From Trichinella spiralis (taxonomy: Eukaryota), in NCBI RefSeq assembly GCF_000181795.1, contig NW_003526945.1, forward strand, positions 5,613,503-5,677,502: 64,000 nt of DNA. Reading direction: 5' to 3'. Numbering within the stretch: position 1 is the stretch's first letter; every line of letters begins with the position of its first letter. This document shows, in pieces, positions 1-19,700 of the stretch. The notes below the pieces were generated by a model, which saw only the letters and a program-made list of their open reading frames with translations, did not search any database and was not told the DNA's origin. Both the position numbers and the translations under genes were made by a program.

Positions 1-250
1 GTTGTTCTTCTGTCATCGTAGTCCGGAAATAGCTTTTTAGATATTTCACTGCAGTAAAGTTTCGTTCTGCGCTGGTACTGTCGATTGGGTGAATGACGAA
101 AATCTGTAAGAGTAAGGACACGATCGGGTAATAATCATTTGGGCGCAATACAAAAGCATCAGGCCTATTAGCTGGATAATGTTAAAGATGTACGTTTTCC
201 CACTTTCTTTTCAGCGTGTAATTTCACACTTGAATATCTCGCTTTGGTCG
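1..250 (-). mobile_element. Decayed hAT-family transposase, C-terminal dimerisation domain (runs off the window edge)
   Basis: Manual minus-strand translation gives EIFKCEITR*KEKWENVHL*HYPANRPDAFVLRPNDYYPIVSLLLQIFVIHPIDSTSAERNFTAVKYLKSYFRTTMTEEQ. This fits the hAT dimerisation pattern (FP..LL....LP.TS.SAERSFS.LK..K..LR.TM.EERL). Two in-frame stops indicate a pseudogene. Confidence 0.8.
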
Positions 251-3224
251 TCGATATATCTTTACCAGGTGATCATCAAATTTTCTAATGGGCTGAAATC
301 ATACTAATCAAAATCTAGGAATGAGGGCACTTAATCGTATGGTATTATTGCCGTGTTGAAGAACTTTGCCTACCATTACATGCTTTGTGTGATGTTGTAC
401 CATTATTTATTTGCAGGCGAGCAGTCACTTTTAATTTTTTACCATGAATGTTATGCATTAGAATAAATTTCCTAAATTTCAAAATGATTTAAATACAAGT
501 AAAATAATGTTTTCTACTTACATATTGCCTTTCTTCCTCTGTCAGACTTATGTACGCATTTCTAACACTTCCTTCTCCTAAAAAGTAATTACGAATTAGA
601 AATTTAGAAACAAATCGAATGAATTTTAATATTATTACCATGCACTTTTATTCGGATTCAATTACTTTCCGTAACATGGCTATTGCGCATTTGTTTACCT
701 GATAATATTCATGCAAATGACATAACAGATAACCGCAAAAGTTAGCAAAGTGAACACTTACGACGCTTGCGGTTTGATTTGCAGGAAATAATGTTTATTT
801 AACAGCAATAATTTCAGAAATTCAATTTAATTCAATTCAACTGATCGTAGAAAAAGATACATTAGTGAAAATTTAACAGATGCGATGTCAAAATGTTTCA
901 TGTGCAGGAATTGGCAATATCTGCTTCCTATAAAGATAGTTACTGATGGCCGACTTCCCTATGTATTAAGATATGCAGAACCTCAACTTCAGAGCCCATT
1001 TAGTCCACAACTATTAGGTAGTTTCCGGTGAAACTCTCCAAAACACTATCATTTATGAATGTGAAAATCAGGCAATCCAAAAAGCCCAAATTCTAGGAAA
1101 AGGTTTTCACTGATTTTCGCAAAACAACCAAGTCTATAGCCCATGAAATTTTTAAATTTTCGAGAAAAAGGTTTTTCTTCAGTATTTAAAGAATTGATTT
1201 ATATCGATCAGAAATTATTAGCGAACTACTATGAACTTATCCGCACTGACTTTGATTGCGTATTTTTTGAGATGTACCAAAATAGTAAAACTGAAAATTG
1301 GACGTAAACGACGTTGAAATAGAAAGGAATGAAAAATAAAAGTGCAATATGTGTGCATATAAAATCGTTTGATTAATTTTCACGACGGACGTATCAATGT
1401 TTACAGCAACAAAAGATGTTTATTTTAATAGGTCTGTCCCTTCTGTAAATCGAATCTAATCCCTTCTATAAATGTCAAATGCCTAAACAATTAGGTGTTA
1501 TTCAAAATTTACATATTTAATTGGAACAGTATTGATTGAATTTATCAGCAAATTATTTTACAATGCGGCGCGCGTTTTTAGAAGCATCCTGTCTATTCCT
1601 GTTAAGAACTATCCTGTCTATTAGTGATGTTCCTTTTATTTTTTATATCTTCTCTATGTCATACTAATGGCGGTTTTCAACGTGTTTACCTACTGGAATA
1701 TATTAAGTCACGAATCGCGTTCATTTTTAGCTAGAAATATAAAAACAATAGCTAGAACAACTTTCAAAATAACATCACATAAAAAATAAAGTAATACAAA
1801 AATTAATTTTTTGTGCACTGTAAGCATTTTGATAATAGAAACAAAATGAAAACAGTTTACTTTTAAAAGAATATAGTAATGCATATCTTGAAATTAAACT
1901 CAGCTTGAAATGAAGGCAAACAATATTGATGAATTATTGCGATTCATGAAAACAATTACATACATACAATTAACAATTAATACTAAGATTTTTCTGCTTG
2001 GACATTGTATGAACTTATGAATTGCATGATCATGGTAGTCGGTGACTTAATTCAACAAAAAGAACACATTATATCCATACTGCATACAACTGCTAGAGAA
2101 TTAGATATAAATACGCTTGTTACATGAATTCAGATTGATCCCATATAACATGTTATGCCCTAATGCATGCATGATGATAAATCAATCCAATATTTTAAAC
2201 AGAATGCAAATGAACAGAATGGACAGAATACAACAAAATTTGTTTTACCATTTCGCTTGTTCTGGATTTCTCAATCACGTCACAAGTGCTGTTTGTATTC
2301 ATCTACAATGAGCTGCATATGGAAAATGCAGTTCTCTCATCCCTCCGCCAATGAAATAATTGAGGATAGCGTTTAAAGAGTTCTGCTATCCCTGACGTCG
2401 AATTACGCAACGCTTGACAATTCTGAAATCGTTCAGTAGGATATAATATTAACAGAAAGAAAATTTGCTTGTCCTAAAAAGCACACAGTTAAAACGCAAT
2501 AGTTAATAAAAATCAACAGAACTTCAACATCACCTAAAGAGAAATGCCAATATCATATCTAAAAACAGTCCAACATATTCAACTATCCATCTGATCATGC
2601 ACTTCGATACAATAATTTAGTATTTACAAAATGATAGATAATAAAGCGTAATATCATACTACCTGTAGTGATATTGATGATATGTAAATTTTGATCAAAG
2701 AAGTGCTATTGCAGTGTTCAAATTAAATTAAAAATATAATGCAATAATTCAATTTTTACACTGAATTCTGATGATGAGATGTCAAATTATATTTTGACAA
2801 ATTAAAATTAATCTTTGAATTCAAGAACGTTTGGATAAACATGTGCGTTGGTCAGATTAAATTTTATGCCGAAGAAAGAGAGAATTGTCAATAGCAGCTG
2901 AATTTCGAAAATAAATTATCAAAGCAGCGGCAGCAAGGAGATGATTAAGCTGTGTCACACAATTTTTTCTGTTTTTCAGCTATTTCAGCGATTGGGTTTA
3001 CATTACTAATTTCAAATCTATTTCAAAACAAAACAAAACAAAAAATATAGTAAATGTTATTTTTAATAATTTTAACATTAAATCTTCCAATAGCATTTCT
3101 ATTGAAATTAATTATATAAGTGAATTTGAAGAATAAAGCATAAATTTAATTAATTAAGCATAAAGCATTTGAAGCATAAATTTATTGAAAATGATTTGGA
3201 TGAGTAGAAGAATATGAAATCGAA

Positions 3225-4340
3225 TCAGTTTTTTGATGTCGGACCAAGAATTTTTTCAAGAACATCCCTCTTCAACGTCGCCGTGCTACCAGGAGGGGCT
3301 GGTTGGTTTTTAGCCACAACAGAAAGTATGATATTGTTTGATCTTTTCTTCCGCATCACTTGGAAAAATTCCTCCTTAGAAAGAGTTGCACTGTCTGTGT
3401 TGAGTGCCTTGTAATATCATAATCAGACAGTCAACATCGCCCCTAATAGCAGCGTTTCAGAGCAATCATATTGGGCACAATACTTCTTTTTCATCCCATG
3501 CAGAGAATTACCAAGCACAGGAAGGTCCTGATACCACCCACAATCGGTTGAGGGATGTGTGAGCAACAAAAATTTAGAGTCGTGAGTTGTTCGTAACGAC
3601 GTCATTGATGAAGACGTGTATCAAGTATACCATATTGTGTTGGATATGCGGGATCGGCAGTTTCGGAACAGATTCAAACTGAAACTGATGCAATCCAATT
3701 GTTGATGCTTTATAACAGACGTATGAAACGCTTGGATAGTTCTGTTTTCATCAAGCATGTTCACTGATTGCCGTAAAAGAACGGAAACTATGGAATCTAT
3801 GGCCGGCAACAATTTTAGCGGCCTATCCGGCCGTTTTACGCTTATGACCAGCCATAACAACTGTTGATACTCGGGTTGCGCGAAGAAACTTTAGATGAAT
3901 GCGGCCCGCTTTCCAGTCACTAATATCGCTTCCAGCTTCTCTCTGGGAGAAGGCTGCTGACCCTTGCCATATGCAATGAAAAGATCTAGAAAACAAAAAA
4001 ACAACAAGTGTTAAAATAAAAATATGCAATGAATAAATGAATAAATAAACAAATAATGAATAAAAACATTACCAACATTTTCCCCAATAAAAATTACACT
4101 TGTCAACGCCGTTTAATGAAACTTCAGTTGCTTCCCAGTTTTTCAAATTAACTTGAATCTCTAACATCAAACGACTCAAATGTTAGTTCATGTTGCATTC
4201 ATATTCGTAGAAATTTGGCGGATGTCCAACTGCGCATCAACTTGCTCGAACCACACCTGTGGTTGGGATATCCAGATCGTGGAAAGCTTCATTGAAACTG
4301 CGTCCTCGCTTTGCAAATTCGTGACGTTCGTATATACCAT
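3225..4340 (-). mobile_element. Degenerate Ty3/gypsy-like LTR retrotransposon remnant (gag N-terminus plus possible pol fragments)
   Basis: 4340-4188 translates to MVYTNVTNLQSEDAVSMKLSTIWISQPQVWFEQVDAQLDIRQISTNMNAT*, which resembles the gypsy gag N-terminal motif AVSLKLPPFW..QPQVWF.QAEAQF.IRQI. The downstream fragment GWYQDLPVLG...CSETLLLGAMLTV weakly resembles the end of the integrase core. Frames are broken. Confidence 0.55.
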
Positions 4341-6834
4341 CGGAAAGTCCCAAAATAGCGGTCAGAACAAACAGGTCATCAGTAAAGCTTCTCGATAGAC
4401 TCTATTTTTAGCACAAAACTACTGTATGTATAGCCACGATTATTCTGATTTTCAGGTTCAAATACCCCGCCCCTGGTGTACAGATCGGTCCGTATAATCC
4501 GTCAGGCGTCGTTAACAAGTATGAATGGAAAGTCATTTTGCTAACTTTTACCATGGCGGTAACAATTTTCTCGTCCGAAACACAAACTCAGCTTTCAGTA
4601 GATCTTGAATTTGGAATAAGAACAACAGTAACAATTTCTAGGAAATGTATGAAATTATGTGAAGCGTATTTTCAGAGGTGATATTCATCTTCTGGCATAA
4701 AAATATTATTTGTCCATGTGTTTCCTGCACATTTATGAATCACTTTTTTAAAACGAAGGTTGTGTTAAAGCAAAATTTTCTATTCAAGCCAGCTAGAGTC
4801 GATTACATTTTTCATTTATAATGGACAATTAGAATTATTGTCTATTCAATACAGATTTCTCACAAACTTTTGGTTAAGATATCGGTAAAATTTCAATCCA
4901 TTAAAATCATTGTATTTTTCCAAGTTATATTTCATTTGTTAGTAAAGTCCAGTCTGATAATGTATTTATATCGATATTTTTCAGTTATTACAAAACATAT
5001 CAAAAGAGTTGCACCTTTCTAGAATCAGTCGTTGATCTGGATCTTTTTTGTGTTGTTTTGAAAAAAATGATGAATCTTTGCTTCAAAATTAAACAAAAAA
5101 CAAATTGTTTGTTGATGCTCATCGGGCTTTTTCCTTTGAAGGTGTTTAATCTGAAATCGTCACACAGTGTTGATTCAGAAAGCATTTCAAAATTGCATTC
5201 GATACACCATGGCAGACAATACTGAACTCCGTTACAAAATTTCAATTAAACGATAATACGCATTATAAACAAAATAAGCGCACGTAGTTTATTCGACTTA
5301 GCACAGCTGCTGTACAGCAGAACGCAAGATGAACTCTGTTTTGAAAAGCTGAATGCTAGCCTCATCTTCACAGTGCGAAAATTTGATTTGCATAATTGAA
5401 AAACAAGGCGCAATCAGTGTTGTTTGACCTAGCCTAGCTGTGCTAAAGTTCAATCGTAAATTGAAAATGCTTTTAAAAGCCTAATGCTAGCCTCTTCTTC
5501 ACATGGTGAAGGACTGATTTGTATAATTGAAAAAGAAAATTTACGCAGAGTTATTTAAACAGAAGATTATTCTTTACCAACAAATATTGTGTGTTGTTTT
5601 CTTGTGACTGCTGAAATATGTTACCGGATAATATGTGCGATTTCATTGCTGCTTTGTTGTTTGGTTCTCGGAATATTTATCCTGAGTCTGTACTGTCAAC
5701 TAAGTAACACAGCATTGACTATAAGAATGAGATTTAACAACTACAAATAGCCGCATACTCATTCAAATTTGAGCTTTTCTGAATAACAGCTGTGAATTTT
5801 ATTCTAGAACGTCTGAAATTGAATTTTCAAGTTCGAGGAAAGAACGTTCAATTGCATAGTCAAAGGAAAATAGAGATATTCAGTATCGCCAGATTGAGTA
5901 TTGTTTGATGAAAATGTGAACAAAGTAAAAAACACTTTAACGCTATCCTGATGGAAACTAGATTAGCATAGAAGCTTCACACTGAAAACGTATGCTGTCG
6001 TGAAATTAACTTAATCAGTATGCCAGATGACTTAGGAGAAGGAACCAAAGATAAAATAAGGAACGTCACAGATAGAACCGGTGCTTAGCTTGGGTTTAGC
6101 ATAAAAGACTGCCTTGCTGCGGCCCAGACTGCGCGCAGAAGTGCATTTGCGAAGAAATCAGGTCGGGTAGTGATTAACAAAGCAGCAGCAAGATTCCATT
6201 AAAACTGAAAAGACCTCAGGATTTGCAAAACAGACAGTTAATAGAGAGCCCTCGATGAACAGAACTGAAAATGAATGATAAATATGCAATTTTTGTCAAA
6301 AGTAAGCCGCGTAAATCATGCTTGTTTCGCCAAGGTGCAGGTAGAGAAGTGCCAAGCAGACAAATCGCTAAGAACATACATAATCACCGACAACTTATCA
6401 ACAGTAGATATTATGCCAAAGTAAATTTCGCTGATTTCAACTCGCTTCTATTTCGCTAATATTAGGTTGTAAGTGACTTTTCGTAATTAAAGATGCTGCT
6501 TTATTACGCCATGTTAACTTTTATTTAATCTGTTCAGTGTATCGTTATCAAATACTAAAATGAATATGACAATAAAATTCACCGTATTTAATTTAACCAA
6601 ACAGTAAATTTAGTGTACATTTGATAAAATCATATAACGAAAGATTCAATTTTAAAGTATGCTTTAAGAAAAGAATTTTCAGGAACAATTGTCATAGCAT
6701 TGAGCAACTTTTTCACCAAAACTATAGAAAGTAAGAATTATTATATAAGGAAAATAACAAAATAATTTGTCAAGAAATTTGGTAGAATAATTTATTTCAT
6801 TCTGTTACGTGAACAATTTTTAAAATTATATATC

Positions 6835-8560
6835 CAGTGGCACATTTGAATGGACAACTGAACGATTAGGCTATTTGGACGGCAACCACGGCACATATGA
6901 GAGAGCATTGTTGTTCAGCAACTATGGTTGGAATAAATTAATATTGTTGAAAAAGAAAAGTTTTGTGAAATTTATATGAATTATTGCTTTTGTTGTTTTT
7001 GTCTTTTGTTGATCACGGTTGAAGAATTGGACGAATTCGATTTGCCAATGAGAATTGTTTGCTGATTGATTTGTGGAGTAGAATTTGATTTGCATTTTCA
7101 GAAATGAAATTCCAAAATAAAGCCGTTAATCTGAACAAACAATAATGGAAAATTATGAATATGATTTGATTGGAAAAGTTGTTAAAATAATTTTTGAAAT
7201 GGAAAAAAAATAGTTCTAGAACAACTTCCCTAGAATTTCTTTTATTCTTTGAAGTCCATTGTCGTTTGTATAAAACTGTTGAAACAACATCGCTTCTTTT
7301 GATTCAGAGGTTCGAAATTGGAATGTAATATTTGAATTTCTTTGCCAATTGTAAAGGTTCAATGGCAATGGTCTGTCTATTCTTTGGTTTTTGATTGAGC
7401 AAAGTGTCATCTCAAGTGAAACGAGGATGTCGAGGGTAGCGTTTATATGAAATTTTGTTAGCACGTCCACGTTGACGACAAGTTCGGTAGGCTAATTAAA
7501 TAGCCACGTTCTTGCCGCTGCCCTATTCAATGCCAGGCTTGGCTGGGGCGTGTCTTTTGTTGATGGACGAGTTTGGCACTGTTTGGGCCTACGCAGTGCG
7601 GGGTGATGATCGTAATTTTCAGCTGAAAATTACACTGACCGTATTTATTCTTTTTCCACTGCATTTCTCTTTTCTAAATAGCCGAACATGGTCGATTGTT
7701 GTGAAAGGGCCAACGCCACAACTGTGAACACTTTCAATGCAATTGATGAATGTTTGTTACTAGCAATGCAAATTTTCCATACTCGATTTACTTTAGGCCG
7801 GAGAGTATTTAAATTTTTTTTCTCCTTCTTTCACAGAAAAAAGCTCGAAAAAAAATTAAGCTTCAACAATTGCAATAGGAGAAAATATTTTTCCATAACG
7901 AACAAACAAACCATTGTGGAAAAAGTTGAACAATACAAATCCATTCGTATTTACTTACGAATTGCATACGGCAATTGATACTGACGATGATGATGGTGAT
8001 GATGACGATCACATCACTATCATTATTATTTATTTGGAAAAGGAAATTTCCAATGGAATGCCTTTATCAAATTTGAAGTTGTCATTTAATTTCTTCACTT
8101 TGCCGTTTTTCTCATACGCGTTTATCATTGCACAGCATCTAAATGGAACTTGAATTGAATTGAACATCAACATCGAGTTAAATAATTAAATTATGAATTA
8201 TTTCGACTAAATTGATGTTTCGATGGATTTTTCTTTTTGATTTGTTTCTCGAAAAAGAAAATTCATTGAAATTAAATTAATCACACATAGATTGAGTTTA
8301 AATTGATGTTAAAAAAAGAGATAAGATATTTTTTTAAATGCACGATTGCAAAAATTTGTTGTTTTTGGTATGTATGCAAGTAAATAAGTGGTGATCGGTA
8401 GGGTTGAAAAATAGATGTTCTTGTGGAATAGGTGAAAAATTGTCGTCGAATTGTTGGTGACGACAGAGACCAACTGTACCGGTCGATTTGTCATTTTTAT
8501 TTTCCCTTTGACAGAAATAGCGCAACAAATGCTGCACGCGGAAACGGGCCGATAAAGCGC
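6835..8560 (-). pseudogene. Possible fragmented GH38 alpha-mannosidase relic
   Basis: Collinear minus-strand fragments LFFNPTDH (~8400), VFTVVALAL (~7720), FRTSESKEAMLFQQFYTNDNGLQRIK (~7250-7320; cf. GH38 FYTD.NG.Q..KR) and SNVPLDI (~6840). In-frame stops are present. Similarity was judged by eye only. Confidence 0.3.
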
Positions 8561-10077
8561 CCGCATTTGTGGGTGTGGTTCTTTGGGAAGGATGATGGAT
8601 TTTTCTCTGGCCGCCGCCGGTTCACTGGCGCGTAACAACAATTATTGCTTACCAGTGTCACTAACTGACTGACTGACTTGTGACCTAACTAATTTTTGTA
8701 AAATGTCGTTAGCCAAGCAACGAGCTAGCCGTAAATATTAATTTCATATTTCTCAGTGTGCATGTACTTTTTTTTGGGGGGGGGCTTTAAAGTGATTATT
8801 TCTTTCTGTTTAGAAATTCAAAAAAACTGAAACAAATCCCAAGAGTAAAAAATTAAAATTTTCAAAACAATTAATGTAAGTTTCTTGCTGCAAAAGTGCA
8901 AATTACACATCTCGTCGAATGGTGTGAAATGCGAAAATGGGAAAATACATTTGATGCTGCTGACCTGGAAAGCTTTTCCAAATATAGAAAGCTACAAATG
9001 AGGTTCGAATTTGAATAAAAATTTTCTCGAGTGACGTGAGGCAAAAAAAAGCTTGGACTGAATGTCGACGACGACAACAATCAAAAATTACCTTGTCGCG
9101 CTGATTTTTGTGACTGGAGATGAATAGAGGGTGTTTGTCGTTTTGTCATTCGCGTACCGGTATTGCCAGAGGTAAGAAATAATTTCCAAAATGCTGCCAC
9201 ATGTAAAATGAGTGAAAAAACAAGAACGTTGATAAATGTGCGGTCCAAAATATCAGGCGGTGAAATCAGCAAATCGACGTTTTTACATTAACCGCTTGTC
9301 AGCAACTATTCCAACAAAACCTACTCAAAATTTTAAGCAATTCCCAATATACAAGGCAAATACGTCCTATTTTTGCATATTTTCAATTCTGCTTTCGTAT
9401 AAATTCTTCTCTGATATATGATCAGATAAGATAAGCGGAAAATTTCTTTCAATTCCAACCAGCAACACTGAAGCTTTATGAGTTTTCCATGACAACAGAG
9501 TTTGTATAACCAGAGATGAATGAAATAATGGAAATTTTTCCATAAAAAGTCAACTATAAAAGAAAAAAAATTATCATTATTATTATTATTATTATCATTG
9601 CATATTTGCAAAAATTAAAAAAGAAATTCCAGAAGTTTTCCCAACTGGGTTCCATTCATTAACAAATACTCTTTCTTCTTCAACAATGCGAAGAAAAGAG
9701 ATTTATTTTCTGAATTTGAATTTTAATAAATGAAATCAATCAATCAATCAATCACTGCCATCAGTAGAAGAATAATAGATACAAAATAATGAGAAATTAT
9801 ATTTTAATAAAGAATATAAAAATTACCAATACATATTTAATTGATTTGACAATTTCATATTAATTTCTATTCCACATTTTTCTCCATTCATGCATTCAAT
9901 TCAGAACACATATGCTGACTGGTGTCGTTTGTTTTCGGTGTTGCGCATTCGTTTTTGTGTTCTGTATTGATTTTTTTTCTCAATTACTGATAAAATAAAA
10001 AAAAGGGACAACCAAATAAAATGTTATTGCGAGAAAATGCTGCTTTATTATTTTTAACAGCAAAAAGCATCTGGACT

Positions 10078-10134
10078 AGGTAGGCAGGCAGGTAGGTAGG
10101 TAGGTAGGTAGGTAGGTAGATAGGTAGATAGGTG
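10078..10134 (+). repeat. (GTAG)n/(GCAG)n tetranucleotide microsatellite
   Basis: aggtaggcaggcaggtaggtaggtagg... is visible directly. Confidence 0.9.
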
Positions 10135-10742
10135 TATGCAGTGCAATTAATTGGTGACATTTTACGATGGAAAATTTTCACAGACAAATATTTTTGTCAT
10201 GCTTCTTCTGATTCTTGTTTCATTCAACTGAAACAACAAGCTAAATAAATAAATAAATAAAAATATATAAATATATATATTGAAATGGAAAAAAAAATAC
10301 ATTAATAATGGGATAAATGGAAAACACTGGAAAAACATAGTCGACACCGGATTCACAAGCGAAAAGATTATTGTTAAAAAAATAATAATACAGAGGCTGT
10401 GTGAGAGGAGAAAGATCAGAAAAAAAGAAAAAGAAAATGTTACACCGGCGGCAAGCTATGTTGCTAATTTTATCAAATCAGCTATAGAAAGAGGAGAAAA
10501 TTGAAAGTGGAAAAAAAGCAGCTCTTATTATTATTATTATTATTATTAGTAGTAGTAGTAGTAGTAGTAGCAGCAGCATTATTGCACATAGTTGCAGATG
10601 GAAAAGAAGAAAGTCAAAGAGGGCAGAAGAGCGTATAAATGGTAAAGTCAAAGTGAGGGTCAAAGTTGATGTGCAAGATAAGGAGATGAGCAAATCGTGC
10701 TCTATTTGCTTTGCTTATTTGTTTTTTCTTATTTTTTGCATT

Positions 10743-15872
<5,130 letters not shown>

Positions 15873-16221
15873 TTAAAGCGAGCTGCTTTCGTTCGTCCAG
15901 AACGACGATTACTACTGGCTTGGACAAGCCGGCGATGGTTGGCCAAATCTGATCTGCCACTGGAACTGTTGCTGACCGGCTTTTTGAAAAAATCACTTCT
16001 TCTTTTTGATCAACTGAAAATTCACTTCATAAATATCCATCACAACATTTTGCTTGCACAACGAAAAAAACAACAATATTCATTAAAAAAAAACAAAATA
16101 TGCATTTTCAATGCACAGTTTGCTTTTTTAAATTCATTCTGAAATTTTCAACTCACCAAACGTGTTCATCAAATTGTATTTTGCCTGGGAGAATGGAAAG
16201 CGTGTGAAGAGAAATGGCAAA

Positions 16222-16400
16222 AGAGCAGCAGCAGCAGCAGCAGCAGCAAAAGCAGCGGCAGCAGCTCGACGCACTCTGCTTCAAGCGTGTGCCGATGACG
16301 ATATTGGTCACAATGATAATGATGATGATGATGGTTATGGTAATGGTAATGGTAATGGTGATAGTGATGGTGATGATGATGATTATTATTATTATGATGC
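16222..16400 (+). repeat. Compound (CAG)n/(GAT)n/(GGTAAT)n/(ATT)n microsatellite block upstream of Runx
   Basis: Visible directly. It generates spurious poly-Q, poly-H and poly-M ORFs. Confidence 0.85.
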
Positions 16401-16585
16401 TGACAGAACGACGAAGCAAAAGACACTGACTTGACTTGATGACAACAACAACGACTCCAGATGACACTAGATGTCACTGTTGTCGTTTGGTGTGAAGAGA
16501 AGTGTCAAAAATTCGGCAGTACCAGAGAAGCGGCACGTCAACGGCGACTGTCACGCCGCAAGCAAGCCAACACAAGAAAAGTTCA

Positions 16586-16718
16586 GTACAATGCAATGCA
16601 ATGCAATACAATACAATATAATACAATACAATGCAATACAATTCAATGCAATACAATGCAATACAATACAATACAATACAATCTACATATATATGCAGAT
16701 ATATATATATATATATAT
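16586..16718 (+). repeat. (AATAC/AATGC)n pentanucleotide array followed by (TA)n
   Basis: gtacaatgcaatgcaatgcaatacaatacaatata... is visible directly. Confidence 0.9.
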
Positions 16719-19700
16719 TGGTTTGTTTTGAAGGGAAAGACAAATTTGCTGAAAAAAATATATACGCAAAATTATTATCATTTATAATTTGCATTTGTTA
16801 TAAATGTCAGATTAGAACAGAGTGATGTATAATAATGTTGAAGGGAAAAAAATAATCCCCGTTTAGTTTGAGTGATTGACACAAAGCGTGCAAACAGTGA
16901 GTTTCTGATAAAGTGTTGCACATTTTGTACGAATAAACAACATCTACTACCATTAGTAATGAAATAGACGAAATTTGAAAAAGACCTTTTACACATACAT
17001 ACACATATTAAGCATAACAGTCACAAGACAAAAACAGAATCTTGTTCGTTCTAAGCTTGTGGAAGTTAACCAACGAGTTACATCAGATGCGAACATGTGA
17101 AAAGCAAAACAAGAGAAATAACATTTCCACAGACGGTGGTAAAGCTGAGTTGAATAATAATTTAGCATTTTACAAACGTCATCAAAGCAGTTTGTCGTTA
17201 TTATCAACATCAACGGATCAATGGTTGATGATGATGATGATGATTCACGATATCCTAGCTAGTTAGCAATTGAATACAAATAAAATGAAATAAAAAATGC
17301 AACAAAGCAATCCATTCTACTACTTGCACATGCTGAAAAAAATGTGACAGTGAATTTTTTGAGGCCTCTGATAATTTTAAAGCAGCAAAATAAAAAATAA
17401 TATATTAATATGGTTTATTAAATATTGTCGGAATGCAAAATATGCAATCAACGTGTTGAATTTTAAAATTAAACAAAATTAGTTTTCAGTGTCGATAATT
17501 TATTAATTACAAAAAATTTTAACAAAGAAAAGCACTCGAACACAAATTGTATAATACCACACCCATAGATACATATACATATACATATATATGTATGCGT
17601 ATTGTGATGATAATTTAAAAACTGGACAAAATATATACATATATATTCATAATTTATCAGAAAAATTGAAATTTATTCAGTTTAGTAAGTAAAGAAAAAC
17701 TTTTTTACGAACAAAATAATCTTCCATTGGTTTCATTGCCGTTCAGCTAGAATGATTTATGGTACTGTGAAAATTTTGTTCAAATCTGAATTCCTCAATT
17801 GATTGATATTATAGCTATGCAAAATTTCAATTATCTATTCTTGTCGACCCGATTAAAGTAAACAAAAAGCGCCGTTTATCTGCTGTTTGTTTATTCAAAG
17901 TGGAAGCAGGTGACAAGCAATATTCGGGCAGAAAATTATTTTCAATTTAAAAACAACTCGACTTATATGCATTGCACAGAGTTCAATTGATCATAATCAC
18001 GTTTGTGGGAAATTTATTTTGATAAACAATGCTTGATTCATTGTGCGTTGTTGTTGAATTGAATGAAAATCGAGGGTCGAAAGTCAACACTGCATAAATT
18101 TTATTACACAACTAGTGGTCAGCGTTAATGGTCGCAACATGCCCGAAGTTAAAATATGAAAAGCTGTAAAACTATTCTTCTGCGTCTTCATCTCAGTTGG
18201 CCACAGCGGTCGGCAATGTTTGCTCGTGACGTTGCATTTTATTGTTTGCTCAACAGTTGAACAAATTAACTAAACAAAAACCCATCTTTTTGAACTATCC
18301 GATTATACAGTGCACCAAAAATTATTTCATTATCATTTTTTTCAAACGAAGTTTAACAGTTCTTTTTTTGTTTGATTTTTTAAATTAATAATTATTTTAA
18401 AAAAATAAAATTCTCTATTACAGATGAGAGAGTACTTTTTTTACATTTTCAACAGTCGCACTGATTCATTACTGTAGTCAGCTCAGCATAAGTTTTTTCA
18501 TCTGTTATTTAATGATAATTGTTTTTTATGTTTAATTTTAAAAATAAATTATTTTTCATATAAACGAAAAAACTTTTTTTATCAACATTACAAATTGTAC
18601 TTGTGTTCATTTAAAAAATGTAATAAACAGGAAATACAATAGAATAAATTTAATAAAAAACAATCAAGTAGTAAAAATTTCAGCGTACTGTATTGTCCAT
18701 TATATTTATTTATTGTGATGCTGCATTGGTTTTGTGAAAGTAAAATTGTTTTTAATTTTAAAAAGAAACAATTTTTTGAATAAATTAATTTAAATGTTAA
18801 TCAGTGGAGTCAATCGAATGCATGCTTAAGTGAAGTTGTCAATTTGTAATTTTCGATTCATTGGAATGAAAATCACTGTCGAATAAAAGTGACAACCGAT
18901 TTGCTTTTTTCCATTATAGCGGCAGCAATTTTGACAAGATTCAATTGTCGAACAGGCGATTTGTTCAATTACCGTCGCAAGTGGGGCTAAAAGTGAGGGG
19001 GCAACAAAGAAAGGAGTGAAATTTTTTAAATTCCAACGTAACATGGCAAAACGCAGAATAAACAAAATAATAATAATAAATGTATGAATAAATAAACGAA
19101 CAAAGCAAGTGATCAACTGTGTGTGTGTGTGTGTATTTTTTATTAAGACGGTGATGACGACGTTGATTTGGAGTGAGCTGAAAGATTTTCAACTTTTGCA
19201 GAAAAATTTGATTTCAAATTTGACAAAATTGCACCAACGAAATTTCAACCAGTGAGGGTCGGGTGACTTTTTGAAATTTCTATAAAAAACATAGTTGAAT
19301 TTGTTTGAAACTGCATTTTTGAAAAATATGAAAAAGATTGAGAAATAAACATATTTTATTCTAAAAATTTTCCCATTCTGCATTTTGTGAAATTGTTGTC
19401 ATTTTCATGTTTTAAAGCATAAATGAAAAAATAAAACTAAACAAAAGAAGCATCACTACACTGCATTAAGTGCCGACGTATTCCAGGCAAATTCATTTGA
19501 TCAATTATTGAATTATCTATCGATCATTTCTAGCAAGCGATCGTTGAAAAACGCTTGTCATATTGACAGATGCACAGACATTTTTCTCACTCACAAACTT
19601 CAAGCCGTTTCGCTAATGTAACGCAAATGGGCTAGCTGATCATTTTTTTCAACTTTTCAGTCTTTTTTTTATTTGTATCAATTGCACACTTTCAAGATGA

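Noticed and set aside
5950..6460. Coding-like stretch with stops; a similar one lies at 2100-2420
   Set aside because: Probably decayed repeat or pseudogene sequence, but no family was recognisable.
16153..16825. Poly-Q, poly-H, poly-M and QYNTI-repeat ORFs
   Set aside because: They are translations of microsatellites.
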